From Patescibacteria group bacterium (GTDB lineage Bacteria; Patescibacteriota; Patescibacteriia; UBA10025; JAHIVO01), in NCBI GenBank assembly GCA_043808365.1, contig JAZDEZ010000016.1:1-53146 (forward strand): a stretch of 53,146 nucleotides of DNA. The letters run 5' to 3'. Below the pieces are notes generated by a model that saw nothing but the letters and a program-made list of their open reading frames with translations, made no database searches and was not told the DNA's origin. This document shows, piece by piece, positions 18,366-28,213 of the stretch. Numbering within the stretch: the stretch's first letter is position 1; each line of letters opens with the position of its first letter. The position numbers and the translations under genes were made by a program.

Positions 18366-18475
18366 TTTTTTAGTACAAGGGCCCGTTTGGGACTTTTTTT
18401 ATTTGAAAAAAAATCGCAAAACAACTACAATGAAGCTATAAATATATACGCCTTAAGCCACCGGCCACGCGCCAT

Positions 18476-19885
18476 ATGCTCACCATCTACAACACATTAA
18501 CCCGGAAAAAAGAGAAATTTATCCCATTGCATGACAAGCGGGTGACGTTTTATCATTGCGGACCGACGGTGTATTGGACACAGCATCTCGGTAATATGCG
18601 GGCTAATATGGCTGCCGATGTCGTTGTCCGTACATTAGAATACCTTGGTTACACAGTTAAGCTAGTCCGTAATTATACGGATGTCGGGCACCTCACCAGC
18701 GACCAGGACGAGGGCGAGGACAAACTGGACAAAGGCGCGCGCCGGGACCATACCACCCCGCAGGCAGTTGCCGATAAATACATCGACACTTTCAACCATG
18801 ACCTAGACTTGCTTAATGTCCGCCTGCCGGATATCCGGCCACGCGCCAGCGAACAGATCAAGGAAATTCAAGCTATGGTAGCTGACCTCCTGACCAAAGG
18901 CTTTGCCTATGAAACTGACTTAGCTGTGTATTTCGACGTCACTAAGGCGAAGGAATACAACCGGTTGTCGCGCCAAAAAATGGACTCAAACATTTCCGAG
19001 GCCGGGAAAGGGACAGTGCATGACCCGTCCAAACGCCACCCGGCAGATTTTGCATTGTGGTTCTTCAAGGCTGGCACCCACAAAAATGCCCTCCAGACCT
19101 GGCCGTCCCCGTTCCACTCCATATTGGTCCAGGACGGCGAAGGATTTCCCGGCTGGCATATTGAATGTTCCGTCATGTCCCAAAAATACTTGGGCGATAC
19201 CATTGACCTTCACTTGGGCGGCGTGGAACATATTCCCGTCCACCATACGAATGAAATTGCCCAATCTGAAGCGGCCACCGGCAAGCCTTTTGTAAAGTAC
19301 TGGCTGCACAACGAGCATCTGATAGTCAACGGCGGCAAGATGGCCAAGTCAGCAGGGACGTCGTATACCTTGCACGACGTGATAGATAAAGGTTTCGACC
19401 CATTGGCATTTCGCTATTTGTGCCTGGGAGCACAGTACCGGTCAAAAATTAACTTCACCTGGGAAGCATTAAAAGCGTCGCAAAACGCTTATGAAAATTT
19501 ATTAGCTATTACCGCAAGTCTAGGCGAACCCAAAATCGGCTGTGCTGAATTTGAACAGCGTTTTTCCGACGCTTTATCCGACGACTTCAACTCGCCAAAA
19601 GGCCTGGCCATCGTCTGGGATCTATTGAAATCCGATTATCCTTCTTCAGCTAAAAAAGCATCATTGCTCAAATTCGATGAAATCCTGGGCTTGAAACTGG
19701 CTGAGGTGCGACCAATCATTATCCCTGATGAAATTAACAAATTGGCCGAACAACGTGAAATTGCCCGAAGGAATAAAGATTGGACTGGCGCCGATAAGAT
19801 ACGTGCTGTTTGTGCTCAAATGGGCTATGACATTGAAGATACTCCCAGCGGTCCAATAGTGAAACGTCGTAAAAAATCAAAATAA
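18476..19885 (+). CDS. cysS: Cysteine--tRNA ligase
   Basis: CGPTVY, HLGN (HIGH-type), DFALW, PGWHIECS, HHTNE, KMAKS. Confidence 0.97.
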   Translation: MLTIYNTLTRKKEKFIPLHDKRVTFYHCGPTVYWTQHLGNMRANMAADVVVRTLEYLGYTVKLVRNYTDVGHLTSDQDEGEDKLDKGARRDHTTPQAVADKYIDTFNHDLDLLNVRLPDIRPRASEQIKEIQAMVADLLTKGFAYETDLAVYFDVTKAKEYNRLSRQKMDSNISEAGKGTVHDPSKRHPADFALWFFKAGTHKNALQTWPSPFHSILVQDGEGFPGWHIECSVMSQKYLGDTIDLHLGGVEHIPVHHTNEIAQSEAATGKPFVKYWLHNEHLIVNGGKMAKSAGTSYTLHDVIDKGFDPLAFRYLCLGAQYRSKINFTWEALKASQNAYENLLAITASLGEPKIGCAEFEQRFSDALSDDFNSPKGLAIVWDLLKSDYPSSAKKASLLKFDEILGLKLAEVRPIIIPDEINKLAEQREIARRNKDWTGADKIRAVCAQMGYDIEDTPSGPIVKRRKKSK

Positions 19886-19979
19886 AGACGAGCCTACGAG
19901 TCTCGCGGGCCCCGGGCCGAGCAATACAATTATTTGCGGAAAGCGTCGAAAACCGCTTTCCCAAAGGGGTTTTCGAAAC

Positions 19980-20045
19980 TTATTCCGCCTCCTCGGTATA
20001 CTGCCTTTTCTTTTTCTCAGAAGCGCTGCCTTTGAAAAAAAGCAT
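19980..20045 (-). pseudogene. Relic copy of the 3' end of the 20730-21344 gene
   Basis: Encodes MLFFKGSASEKKKRQYTEEAE* versus MLVFKGGASEKKKRQYTEEVE* in the intact gene. Confidence 0.85.
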
Positions 20046-20073
20046 CACCGACAAGGCTGCACTTGATATTATT

Positions 20074-20646
20074 TTAGCCTATCCTTCTGCGAACTTCCTT
20101 TGCCCGTTCGTAATCCTCTATACTTTGTTGAACCTGCGCAATACGATTTTCAAGCCCGTTAAGAATACCGATTTCCTGCATCCTACGCATCGCCGCCACA
20201 TTCCCCTTGTACGTTTCAGTACCCATCCGGTCAAAAAGCTGATCCGAGGTCTCATTTTCTTTATTACCGCCAGAAAGCTGATCTAGCCTCTTTTCAGTTA
20301 TACCTCTCAACACACCAACTGCTTTTTGTGCATCTGGACTTGACTGGCCGCGCGAGAGGGCATCAAGTATGGTATTAAGATCTCTGGATGTAATTGTATT
20401 GAACGACCGATAATCAAACTGCGCCTCATTGCCCCACTGCGCATTAAATTCTCGCAATACGGCTTTGTCCAATTTCGCTTGTTCAGTCTGTGATTCCTGC
20501 TGCAATTGTGTGTCCGCCTCCTCCTTGGGCGTTTCCGTGTCAACTACATTTCCGGATCCAATACCAGTTTCTTGTATTGCAGTAACGTCCGGAGCCTTAA
20601 AATCTTTAGTTCCACCCGGTATCGAATTCTCATTTTCAATTCCCAT
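20074..20646 (-). CDS. Hypothetical protein lying between the duplicated gene ends
   Basis: 190-aa charged, helical-looking ORF. Confidence 0.7.
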   Translation of the reverse strand: MGIENENSIPGGTKDFKAPDVTAIQETGIGSGNVVDTETPKEEADTQLQQESQTEQAKLDKAVLREFNAQWGNEAQFDYRSFNTITSRDLNTILDALSRGQSSPDAQKAVGVLRGITEKRLDQLSGGNKENETSDQLFDRMGTETYKGNVAAMRRMQEIGILNGLENRIAQVQQSIEDYERAKEVRRRIG

Positions 20647-20729
20647 ATTCTTTACTTAGTGGTTTATGATTACGTAACACACAACCCCATACTTAATAGG
20701 GTTCTATGTCAATGCCATATATCAACAAC

Positions 20730-21344
20730 CTACTCAACCTCCTCAGTATACTGCCTCTTTTTCTTTTCAGAGGCGCCGCCTTTGAAGACAAGCATGGCCA
20801 GAACCGGACCGATGATCCAGACTGACTGGGCGAATTGGGTCGTGAAAACTTGGCGGGTCAGCGGCGCCAACACGTTATTGACGGCGTCTGTCGGCAAATA
20901 AGATAATATAATGCTAACAAGAAGGCCGACATGCAGGATGCTGAAAATGAACACCTGCCACCACGGGCCGGCCTTGTCCGATGACGCAATGGTTTTTATC
21001 AGCGCGGAACGGCTGATGATCAGGAACAGAACGATGAACAGGAAAACAAAAGCTGAAATTTGGAAAACGAAAAATTGGCTGGTCACTTTATTGATTGAAT
21101 CCTGGAATGCCGCTGATTTCAGGAATGGCGCATGCTCGATAATCGCCAATGACATATAAATGCTCACGAGGATGGTGATGATCCGGTCACGGCCAAGGGA
21201 TAAGCCGTACAAAAACGCCGCCACCACAAAAAACAGGATGATGAACAAATCCCAGGTTGGCCGGGTCCAATCGATGTTCTGCATGAAATTTGCTGATTGG
21301 GCCGCGGTGTTTGTCACTTCTGCCGCCCAGGCGACTGGTATCAT
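20730..21344 (-). CDS. Conserved 4-TM membrane protein
   Basis: Hydrophobic helices; WDLFIILFF...YGLSLGRDR. Confidence 0.8.
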   Translation of the reverse strand: MIPVAWAAEVTNTAAQSANFMQNIDWTRPTWDLFIILFFVVAAFLYGLSLGRDRIITILVSIYMSLAIIEHAPFLKSAAFQDSINKVTSQFFVFQISAFVFLFIVLFLIISRSALIKTIASSDKAGPWWQVFIFSILHVGLLVSIILSYLPTDAVNNVLAPLTRQVFTTQFAQSVWIIGPVLAMLVFKGGASEKKKRQYTEEVE

Positions 21345-21431
21345 ATGATTTTGTTGGTGTTTTTATTCCCTCCATCATCAGTATATCACAAATGAACGAT
21401 TTTTTCAAGAGCAATTAAAAAACCGGATAGC

Positions 21432-21884
21432 CTATCTACCCGGTGTTTTTGCGTCTGAAGAGTGCAGCACAATGATCCTGGCGATTTTCCTGGTAATGAC
21501 CTGCCCGGTTTCAGTCTGACAAAGGATCGACTCGCCTTTTTTCAGGAGGCCAACTAACATTCTGCCGGCCTTGACGATCCCTATGACAGGCGCCCGCCTG
21601 AATGTCAGATTAAAATGCTTGCCAAAGATATCATGCGTTGCAAACGAACGGACCTGGTCCAGTACCTGCTGTTCAGTCAGCTCGGTATCCATCGGCTGGC
21701 AGCCAATGGAGACCAAGCCTTTATCATCTTCCACGATAACGTAGAGCGCGTGCCCGTGGTGGAATCCGGCCGTGGTGACCAGGATAATTCCGCGGCACTT
21801 GCCTCCAGCCAGGCATGATAAATTACATTCATCGGGATATTCGGCAGAGATTTTGTCTATGATCAAACGTTCGATATTACCCAA
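21432..21884 (-). CDS. Hypothetical protein
   Basis: TTG start preceded by GGGAGG SD; 150 aa. Confidence 0.65.
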   Translation of the reverse strand: MGNIERLIIDKISAEYPDECNLSCLAGGKCRGIILVTTAGFHHGHALYVIVEDDKGLVSIGCQPMDTELTEQQVLDQVRSFATHDIFGKHFNLTFRRAPVIGIVKAGRMLVGLLKKGESILCQTETGQVITRKIARIIVLHSSDAKTPGR

Positions 21885-21958
21885 TCTAACCTCCCTTTGG
21901 AAAATAAAAAGGACTTAGCGCCAATAGTACGCCCATTCATGCGGTTTGTCAATCATTT

Positions 21959-23077
21959 TCACAAGCCATTTTGCCGCAACTCTTCCAGTAATCTCTTTTG
22001 CTCGCGTGAGAGGTGCGGCGGCGTCACCACGGTGACGGTGACCAGGTGGTCGCCGCGGCCGCGCGACCGCAGGTGCGGCACGCCCTTATCGTTCAATTTG
22101 AAAACCTTGCCTGACTGCGTACCGGACGGGATGTGCAGCATTACTTCACCATCCAGCGTCATAATCGGCACCTTGGTGCCCAAAGCCGCCTGGGAAAAAG
22201 CAATGGAAACATCTGAGAGAATATCATCCTTTTCACGCGTGAAGTCCGGATCGGGCTTCACCCGCATCGTAATGTATAAATCGCCGGCAGACGATCCTCG
22301 CGTTCCCGCTTCACCCTTGCCTGACAAGCGGATGGTCTCTCCTTCGGAAATGCCGGCCGGAATCTGGACCTTGATCTGCTCAGTCGCTTTCGAGCGGCCG
22401 CTGCCGCCGCACTCCCTGCACTTCTTGGAGGCTTTCTTGCCCTCGCCCTGGCATTCCGGGCATACGCCGACTGACTGGAACGCACCCAAGATGGTCTGCT
22501 GCACCTGGCGAACCTGGCCGCTGCCATCACAGGTTGAGCATGTCTCAATTTTTGTCCCCGGCTCGGCGCCATTGCCACGGCAATGCGCGCATACGGATAA
22601 TTTATATAAATCAACAAGCTTCTCCACGCCGAATACGGCCTCACGGAAATCAATCTTCATTTCAGTTTGGATATCGCCGCCCTGCTTGGCGCGCCGGGAC
22701 CGGCGCGAGCGCGATGACCCGCCAAAACCGAACAGGTCGCCGAACACGTCGCCCAGGTCGCCGAAATCAAAATTGGCGTTCTGCCCCTGGAATCCGCCGC
22801 CGGCACGGGCAAAATCATCCCACGAAAAACCGCCGCCGCCGCCAAACCCGCCCTGCCGCTGGGCCTGGTCAAACGTCTGGCCGTATTGGTCGTACTGCTG
22901 GCGCTTTTGGGGGCTGGACAGCACCTGGTACGCTTCATTTATCTCCTTAAACTTGGCCTCATCGCCTCCAGACTTGTCCGGGTGGTGCTGGTGCGCCAAT
23001 GTCCGGTACGCTTTCTTGATTTCCTCGGCGGAAGCGCCCTTTGACACGCCTAGTATATTGTAATAGTCCTTAGTCAT
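21959..23077 (-). CDS. dnaJ: Chaperone DnaJ
   Basis: J-domain HPD, G/F-rich region, four CxxCxGxG repeats. Confidence 0.98.
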   Translation of the reverse strand: MTKDYYNILGVSKGASAEEIKKAYRTLAHQHHPDKSGGDEAKFKEINEAYQVLSSPQKRQQYDQYGQTFDQAQRQGGFGGGGGFSWDDFARAGGGFQGQNANFDFGDLGDVFGDLFGFGGSSRSRRSRRAKQGGDIQTEMKIDFREAVFGVEKLVDLYKLSVCAHCRGNGAEPGTKIETCSTCDGSGQVRQVQQTILGAFQSVGVCPECQGEGKKASKKCRECGGSGRSKATEQIKVQIPAGISEGETIRLSGKGEAGTRGSSAGDLYITMRVKPDPDFTREKDDILSDVSIAFSQAALGTKVPIMTLDGEVMLHIPSGTQSGKVFKLNDKGVPHLRSRGRGDHLVTVTVVTPPHLSREQKRLLEELRQNGL

Positions 23078-23085
23078 GTAATGAG

Positions 23086-23190
23086 TAATTTTTAATTCCT
23101 AATTTTTACTCAATGTCTAATCACGAATGTCCAATTAGTCATTGATGCATTGGGATATGATTAGAAATTAGGAATTCGTCATTAGGAATT
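23086..23190. repeat. 7-nt-periodic palindromic element
   Basis: TAATTTTTAATTCCTAATTTT...AATGTCCAATTAGTCATTG...ATTAGAAATTAGGAATT. Confidence 0.7.
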
Positions 23191-24268
23191 ATAAAGAAAT
23201 CTTTTCAGCCTCTATCTGCACTTTTTTCATATGTAAAAACTTCACCCAGACCAGGATGGTAAATGCCAAAAAACTTAGCGACTTGATCAGTTCCCGGTAA
23301 ACGAAGGTGAATATCTTCAGCAGGAAGAATATCGACAGAGCCAGCAAACCCGGGATGAATTTCATGTATTCTCCCAGGTACCTGTCCGTATTATGCCGCA
23401 CGAGTTTCCGCACCACTGACTGCATCTCTTCGTCGCCCGTCGCCTGGATTTTAAACGTGTCCAGGAACTCGTCCCTGGCGATGGCCACGGCTTCCGCTTC
23501 GGCCTGGTCAACCCCACGGGTAATGACCCTGTCCAATTCAACCTGGCCGGTCTTGATATCCGCCTTTTCAGCCGTCAAATTACCGACATTGGCGATGAAC
23601 GTGTCCAGAGGCATGTGCGCCGAAAACTTGTCCCGATAGTACATGTCCAGGATATTCTGCACTGCCCGCGCGCCGCCGTCAATAATCCGTTCCGCGAACT
23701 CCGCCTCGCTATCCGTTCTCTGCACCAGAAAACTATAATAGCACAATGAGACCGCCAGCAACAGGATGGTGATCGTCGTGGACAATCCTGCCGCCGCGGC
23801 TCGCTGGGGCGAAAATTTCAGCTGATTTTTGCTCTCCAGCCTGACCTGGCGGCGCCAATAAATCCAGCCGAACATGACGACCAGCGCCCCGAGCAGTGTC
23901 CAGATGTTCACCCGGAAAAAACCGAATAGGGTAAAGCCGGACGCCGCTACTATCATCAGGGCGGCCCAAAAATTACGCACCATCACGTTCACTAACGCGA
24001 AAAACACGAACATCAGACAGAACGCCAACAGGGTGCTGACCACGGCCACGGCGCTTTTCGCCCCGAAGTGGAAATCCAGGCCCTGTTGCAGGATACGGCT
24101 CCAAGCGTACCAAAACAGCGCGCTGCCCGCCACGGCCATAATGCCGAGCATGGCGATTTTACCCATGGGTTGCGGGGCGGCAAATGGCTCGGGTTTTTTC
24201 TCTTCTACTGGCTTATCTGTGCGCATATGGTTATCTACGATTCCCCTAGGGTTTACTATTATTGCCAA
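23189..24268 (-). CDS. Multi-pass membrane protein, unknown function
   Basis: At least 6 hydrophobic segments over 359 aa. Confidence 0.8.
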   Translation of the reverse strand: MAIIVNPRGIVDNHMRTDKPVEEKKPEPFAAPQPMGKIAMLGIMAVAGSALFWYAWSRILQQGLDFHFGAKSAVAVVSTLLAFCLMFVFFALVNVMVRNFWAALMIVAASGFTLFGFFRVNIWTLLGALVVMFGWIYWRRQVRLESKNQLKFSPQRAAAAGLSTTITILLLAVSLCYYSFLVQRTDSEAEFAERIIDGGARAVQNILDMYYRDKFSAHMPLDTFIANVGNLTAEKADIKTGQVELDRVITRGVDQAEAEAVAIARDEFLDTFKIQATGDEEMQSVVRKLVRHNTDRYLGEYMKFIPGLLALSIFFLLKIFTFVYRELIKSLSFLAFTILVWVKFLHMKKVQIEAEKISL

Positions 24269-24316
24269 GTATGATTAAATGATTTCACTTTGCACTTTTA
24301 ACACATGGAGGTAAGC

Positions 24317-24538
24317 GTGCCTGATCCCAGTATTCAGACAGAATTGCACTTTCCGGCGCAATTCCAAGCTAAATGTGTCAAGGCCGTGCCTGGAGCGGCT
24401 GAGTATGTCGTCGGGAAAATTTACATCGTTTCCGCCCTGCCATTCGACCGTGCGTCATTCGAATTTTCAGTAAACTTTCAAAATGGCTGGAGAACATTCA
24501 ATTCAACTGAATTTTATCAGCGTTTCATGAAATTATAA
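24317..24538 (+). CDS. Small hypothetical protein
   Basis: GGAGG SD before GTG; terminator GCCGTTCT/AGAACGGC-TTTTTT downstream. Confidence 0.55.
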   Translation: MPDPSIQTELHFPAQFQAKCVKAVPGAAEYVVGKIYIVSALPFDRASFEFSVNFQNGWRTFNSTEFYQRFMKL

Positions 24539-24589
24539 CCCTGGGAACTCCCCAGCTTCCGTACGCCGTTCTTGCGAGAACGGCTTTTT

Positions 24590-24886
24590 TTATGACGTTT
24601 TGAATCCGATTTCGCCTGTCGAAGGCGCCTGGGCTGCCTCGATCTTGCCGAACTTATCCTCGTATTTCTTGATGTTCTCCTGGAGCGCCAGGTAAATGCG
24701 TTTCATGTGCCCAGGGGAAGTGATGACGCGGCTGGTCACGATGCCGGCCCGCTGGAACGGGTACACATTCATGAAATCCACGGTAAATTCTTCCTTGGTG
24801 TGCGACACGCCCATGGCGTTGGCATACACGCCTTTCATGGTCGCGTCATCCATTTTGATGTTGATTTGCTGGTTCTGGTCTGTCAT
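24590..24886 (-). CDS. DUF3467-like protein, copy 1
   Basis: GVYAN...HTKEEFTVDF...SRVITSPGHMKR...YEDKFG; near-identical to 29623-29925. Confidence 0.85.
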   Translation of the reverse strand: MTDQNQQINIKMDDATMKGVYANAMGVSHTKEEFTVDFMNVYPFQRAGIVTSRVITSPGHMKRIYLALQENIKKYEDKFGKIEAAQAPSTGEIGFKTS

Positions 24887-24999
24887 ATAAAATATTTATT
24901 AATTAATGACGTGTATTTTAACGTATCGCTCGCTCTTGACGGGTATGGGCAGTACGATACACTAATAGTGAATATTGCTCTTCACCGATGGAGGTACGT

Positions 25000-25140
25000 A
25001 TGCAACTGAATACGCCGGAACATTGGGGAATCATTGTCAGTGTCATACTCGCACTGATCGGCTTTGCCGCCTGGCTGTCAAGATTCTTATCAGCGATGAA
25101 TAAGCCTGATAATCCGGCCAAATCCCCGACAAAGAAGTAA
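25000..25140 (+). CDS. 46-aa single-TM peptide (below the ORF-track cutoff)
   Basis: GGAGG SD; MQLNTPEHWGIIVSVILALIGFAAWLSRFLSAMNKPDNPAKSPTKK*; TTGACG promoter upstream and AGACCCG/CGGGTCT terminator downstream. Confidence 0.65.
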   Translation: MQLNTPEHWGIIVSVILALIGFAAWLSRFLSAMNKPDNPAKSPTKK

Positions 25141-25187
25141 CGGCTTCCCTAACCATTGCCTTAGACCCGCCATAAACGGGTCTTTTA

Positions 25188-25736
25188 TTATTTTCCAACT
25201 TTCTGTCTGAATATCTCAAAGTGCTTTTTTGCTTCTTCCAGCAGCGGATGCGACCACCCAGTCCCTATGGCTTTGATCAGTTCTGTATATTTCCAAAGGT
25301 ACTCCTGAGGTTCGTGCAAATTGACCGTTTTACTCCCCTCGTCCAGCTGTTCATTGCATAATATCAGGTGATGGAGGAAATCAGCGGTCTTGATGGCCTT
25401 GGCCTCCGCGCTTACCGTCCGTAACCGGACCTGGGCTTCATGCTGCCTTTCTTTCCATGCCACTGCCTGGTCAAATGTCACTTCTTCAACAAGCCCGGCA
25501 ACTCGTGAGCCAAATTGCGTACGCACTTCATCCAGTGTCATATCCGTATCCTCGACCGCGTCATGGAGCAAGCCGGCGATGACCGCGTCCTCATCAAATC
25601 CGTACTGGATCAATACGCTAGCCACGAAAAACGGGTGCGCAATGAACGGCGTGTCATTGTCAGAATTATACTTCTGGTGCCGATGCGTGTGGCTGGCCGC
25701 CTTGATCGCCTTGTTGTAGCGCACAAAACCCATCAT
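25188..25736 (-). CDS. HD-domain hydrolase, RelA/SpoT (Mesh1/small alarmone hydrolase)-like
   Basis: H..Q...PFIAHP, AGLLHDAVEDT, VEEVT, IKTAD. Confidence 0.85.
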   Translation of the reverse strand: MMGFVRYNKAIKAASHTHRHQKYNSDNDTPFIAHPFFVASVLIQYGFDEDAVIAGLLHDAVEDTDMTLDEVRTQFGSRVAGLVEEVTFDQAVAWKERQHEAQVRLRTVSAEAKAIKTADFLHHLILCNEQLDEGSKTVNLHEPQEYLWKYTELIKAIGTGWSHPLLEEAKKHFEIFRQKVGK

Positions 25737-25947
25737 ACTGTCTTGCGATTCTGTTTAAAAATTTATTTAAGTATATCCTGACTCCTATTTCCTGTCTAAC
25801 CTTGCTTACTAGGAAGGGAATGAATTAATCCGGTGAACCCGGAAAGAGTACGACCCAACAAGCAGGCGATGCCTTGACGTTCATATATAAACAATGTTAA
25901 AGTAGTCTGAAATATCGAAACACATGTTCTTTTCCAGAAGATAATGA

Positions 25948-26208
25948 ATGAAAGCCTGCAATAATCCAAGGAGGATTGTATTGAAAACCAAGCAGTATCC
26001 GATTGACAGGATCATCTATGGCTTTGAAAGCGTCAGCTTTGAATGCCCCAGCCAGAGAACCTTTGTCGTAACCAAAGGTGATACTAGTGTCATCAAGCTG
26101 ATCTCCGACCGCCGGCAGCAGCACATAGCCAAATCGAGTGATGCATTCACCGTGCGTCTCAGAACTAAAGATTATATCGAAACTACGAACTGGCTCGCTT
26201 CCTCATGA
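25948..26208 (+). CDS. Small hypothetical protein
   Basis: TTGACG..TAAAGT promoter upstream; hairpin with T-run downstream. Confidence 0.45.
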   Translation: MKACNNPRRIVLKTKQYPIDRIIYGFESVSFECPSQRTFVVTKGDTSVIKLISDRRQQHIAKSSDAFTVRLRTKDYIETTNWLASS

Positions 26209-26267
26209 CATTCGATCATTTTCACACTTTTCAAGTCTATACCGGCACCCCCTGTGGTACCGGTTTT

Positions 26268-26735
26268 TTATTTCTTCCGCTTCAGATAATAGTCGTCAAT
26301 GGCCCGTACCAGCTCCACCGGCTTCTCATCAAACGGCCACTCATGCTTGGCGCGGCTGGCGTCATTTTCGACAATGAGCGTATAATGTTCTGACATAGCG
26401 AGGAAACAGTTCGGCGTGGCGATATGGAAATGCCAGCGCGTCCCCTTCTTTGAGTACTGCTTCGCCAGGTCCAGCGCCTCATGCTTGATCGGCTTCCGCT
26501 TGCCCTTGCGCGGATTGGTCAGCTGATAAGCATGCTTCTCCAGCTCCTCGCGCAATTCCTTGGTGCTCGGGCAGTAATACATGTCGTCCCGCTCTTCCAG
26601 CAGGATGATTTCCTCTCCCGTGTCGTTCACGTAGCATTCCGGCGACAGGCAATGGTGGTGCCAGCTGGTGCCGGCGTTCATCACCCGGTCGCGGAGCTCC
26701 TGTTCACTGATCTTCTTCCCGTGTTTTTTAATCAT
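26268..26735 (-). CDS. Hypothetical protein with a tandem duplicated WHxH..PxC domain
   Basis: GTSWHHHCLSPEC and GTRWHFHIATPNC repeats. Confidence 0.75.
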   Translation of the reverse strand: MIKKHGKKISEQELRDRVMNAGTSWHHHCLSPECYVNDTGEEIILLEERDDMYYCPSTKELREELEKHAYQLTNPRKGKRKPIKHEALDLAKQYSKKGTRWHFHIATPNCFLAMSEHYTLIVENDASRAKHEWPFDEKPVELVRAIDDYYLKRKK

Positions 26736-26803
26736 ATGGTTGTATTATTGATTGGCGGCTGTTAGTGGTATATTTTACTCTCTTTTTAGCTTCTCCGCAA
26801 GGC

Positions 26804-26995
26804 CTAGATGACGTCGACATGACGCTCTTTTTCCTCGCGGTCCCGGTCAGGTCCAATGTCATCACTGGCTGGGATAGAATTGCCATCCTGCTTTTTAGGG
26901 TCCTTGCCCAGCATGCCCATCCCGTTGCCCAGGCCGATCATCAGGCTGACAATCCACCGCTTGAACATGTTAGGTTTTTTCATTTGTTCAACCAT
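26804..26995 (-). CDS. Small hypothetical protein (63 aa)
   Basis: ATG start; a diverged copy of its 3' half at ~27123-27205 supports it being a gene. Confidence 0.55.
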   Translation of the reverse strand: MVEQMKKPNMFKRWIVSLMIGLGNGMGMLGKDPKKQDGNSIPASDDIGPDRDREEKERHVDVI

Positions 26996-27010
26996 AGTTT
27001 TAATTCTTTA

Positions 27011-27088
27011 TTGTCATCGCGAGCCGGAGCGGAGCGATGGCGTGGCGATCTCGAGATTGCTTCGTCGATTCTCTCCTCGCAATGACAA
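27011..27088. repeat. REPIN-like palindromic element
   Basis: TTGTCATCGCGAG...GATCTCGAGATTGCTTCGTCG...CTCGCAATGACAA; homolog at 28047-28205. Confidence 0.75.
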
Positions 27089-27224
27089 TGTAAAGTGCAC
27101 TACACCAACGTCACTCCCAGCGTCTCGGCATGGCCTAGATGATCGTTGGTTCGCACTTTACCTTCACGTTCTTCATCCAGGTCAATATCCCGGCTGACCG
27201 GGGATTCATTATTACCTTGTTTAT

Positions 27225-27253
27225 TTGACATTTAAAAGAATTTGCGCTACTAT
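27225..27253 (+). promoter_or_regulatory. Sigma70 promoter with no downstream ORF
   Basis: TTGACA-17 nt-TACTAT. Confidence 0.65.
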
Positions 27254-27259
27254 TCCATC

Positions 27260-27378
27260 AGTGTTGGGTAGTTTCTTTTTTGCCCAGACCCAGAAACTGC
27301 CTGACCTCTTAACATTTTCTTCATTCAATCGGCTGCATGGTTAGCGTTATCGCTCCCAGACAGCCGATTTTTTATTTT
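27260..27378 (+). ncRNA. Candidate ~120-nt small RNA
   Basis: Lies between the promoter and the terminator AATCGGCTG/CAGCCGATT-T run; 14-bp 5' hairpin (27263-27276/27292-27305). Confidence 0.5.
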
Positions 27379-27500
27379 TAAATACCCAAACGGGCTGTCA
27401 ACTATTTTCCTATAAAATCATTCGGGGGCTTGACAAATATAAAAAAATTGTATATACTTTTAAATCGTAAAATTAAACATATAAACAAAAGAGGCTTATT

Positions 27501-27824
27501 ATGGGAACCGATCGCTCAAGCATTATTAATGAGTTCATAAAAAACCAATCTAGGGTACATCTTATCGAGGAGTTCTGCCCAACCGGCAGCGGACCGCGAA
27601 TTATTTTAAGGACACGCTCATATTGGCACACTCTGGATTACTTTCAGTTTCTTTTCAAAGTAGCACTGAATGATTTTCCGGAAATCAAACCTGAAGATGT
27701 TGAAATAATTCAGTATGGCGGCGGATGTGTCAAGAGGACATTTGGCATTGAATTCAATGTCAAAGATGGGACCGCCATCCCTGGAAACTACAAACAGATT
27801 GCTCAGGTAGAACTCACAATATAA
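27501..27824 (+). CDS. Hypothetical protein (stand-alone unit)
   Basis: TTGACA-17-TATACT (27430-27458), AGAGG SD, ATCCCC/GGGGAT terminator. Confidence 0.75.
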   Translation: MGTDRSSIINEFIKNQSRVHLIEEFCPTGSGPRIILRTRSYWHTLDYFQFLFKVALNDFPEIKPEDVEIIQYGGGCVKRTFGIEFNVKDGTAIPGNYKQIAQVELTI

Positions 27825-28046
27825 AATGAACTCTTTTCACTATGATCCCCTGGTGCGTAACGCCTAGGGGATTATTTTATTTCCCAGCGCTTCTTTCTTG
27901 GTGGTATGTAAACATTTCAGCCGTTGTGCTTGTCTAACAATTTCCCGAAATTCCACCCAGCATACCTTTTTCTCTAATTTTTAAGATTATATATTATTAA
28001 TATCCCTTTTAATCCGTTCACCCGCCCATTGGCAGGCACCTCTATC

Positions 28047-28205
28047 TTGTCATTGAGAGCCCGGAGGGCGTGACGATCTGATGCGTAGCACCACCCTGAG
28101 CGCAGTCGAAAGGTCTCTTTGTTAATGGCTATAGGATCCCTCGGTAAGCCTCGGGATGGCCCGTTGGGCCAGATTGCTTCGTCGCTCCTCTCCTCGCAAT
28201 GACAA
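28047..28205. repeat. REPIN-like element with nested palindromes
   Basis: Same arms as 27011-27088; contains CCCTGAGCGCAGTCGAAAGG and ATCCCTCGG..CCTCGGGAT. Confidence 0.75.
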
Positions 28206-28213
28206 TTGAAGTG

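Noticed and set aside
25785-25872. Possible riboswitch between the HD gene and the 25948 ORF
   Set aside because: Only weak stems and no match to any aptamer consensus I can recognise.
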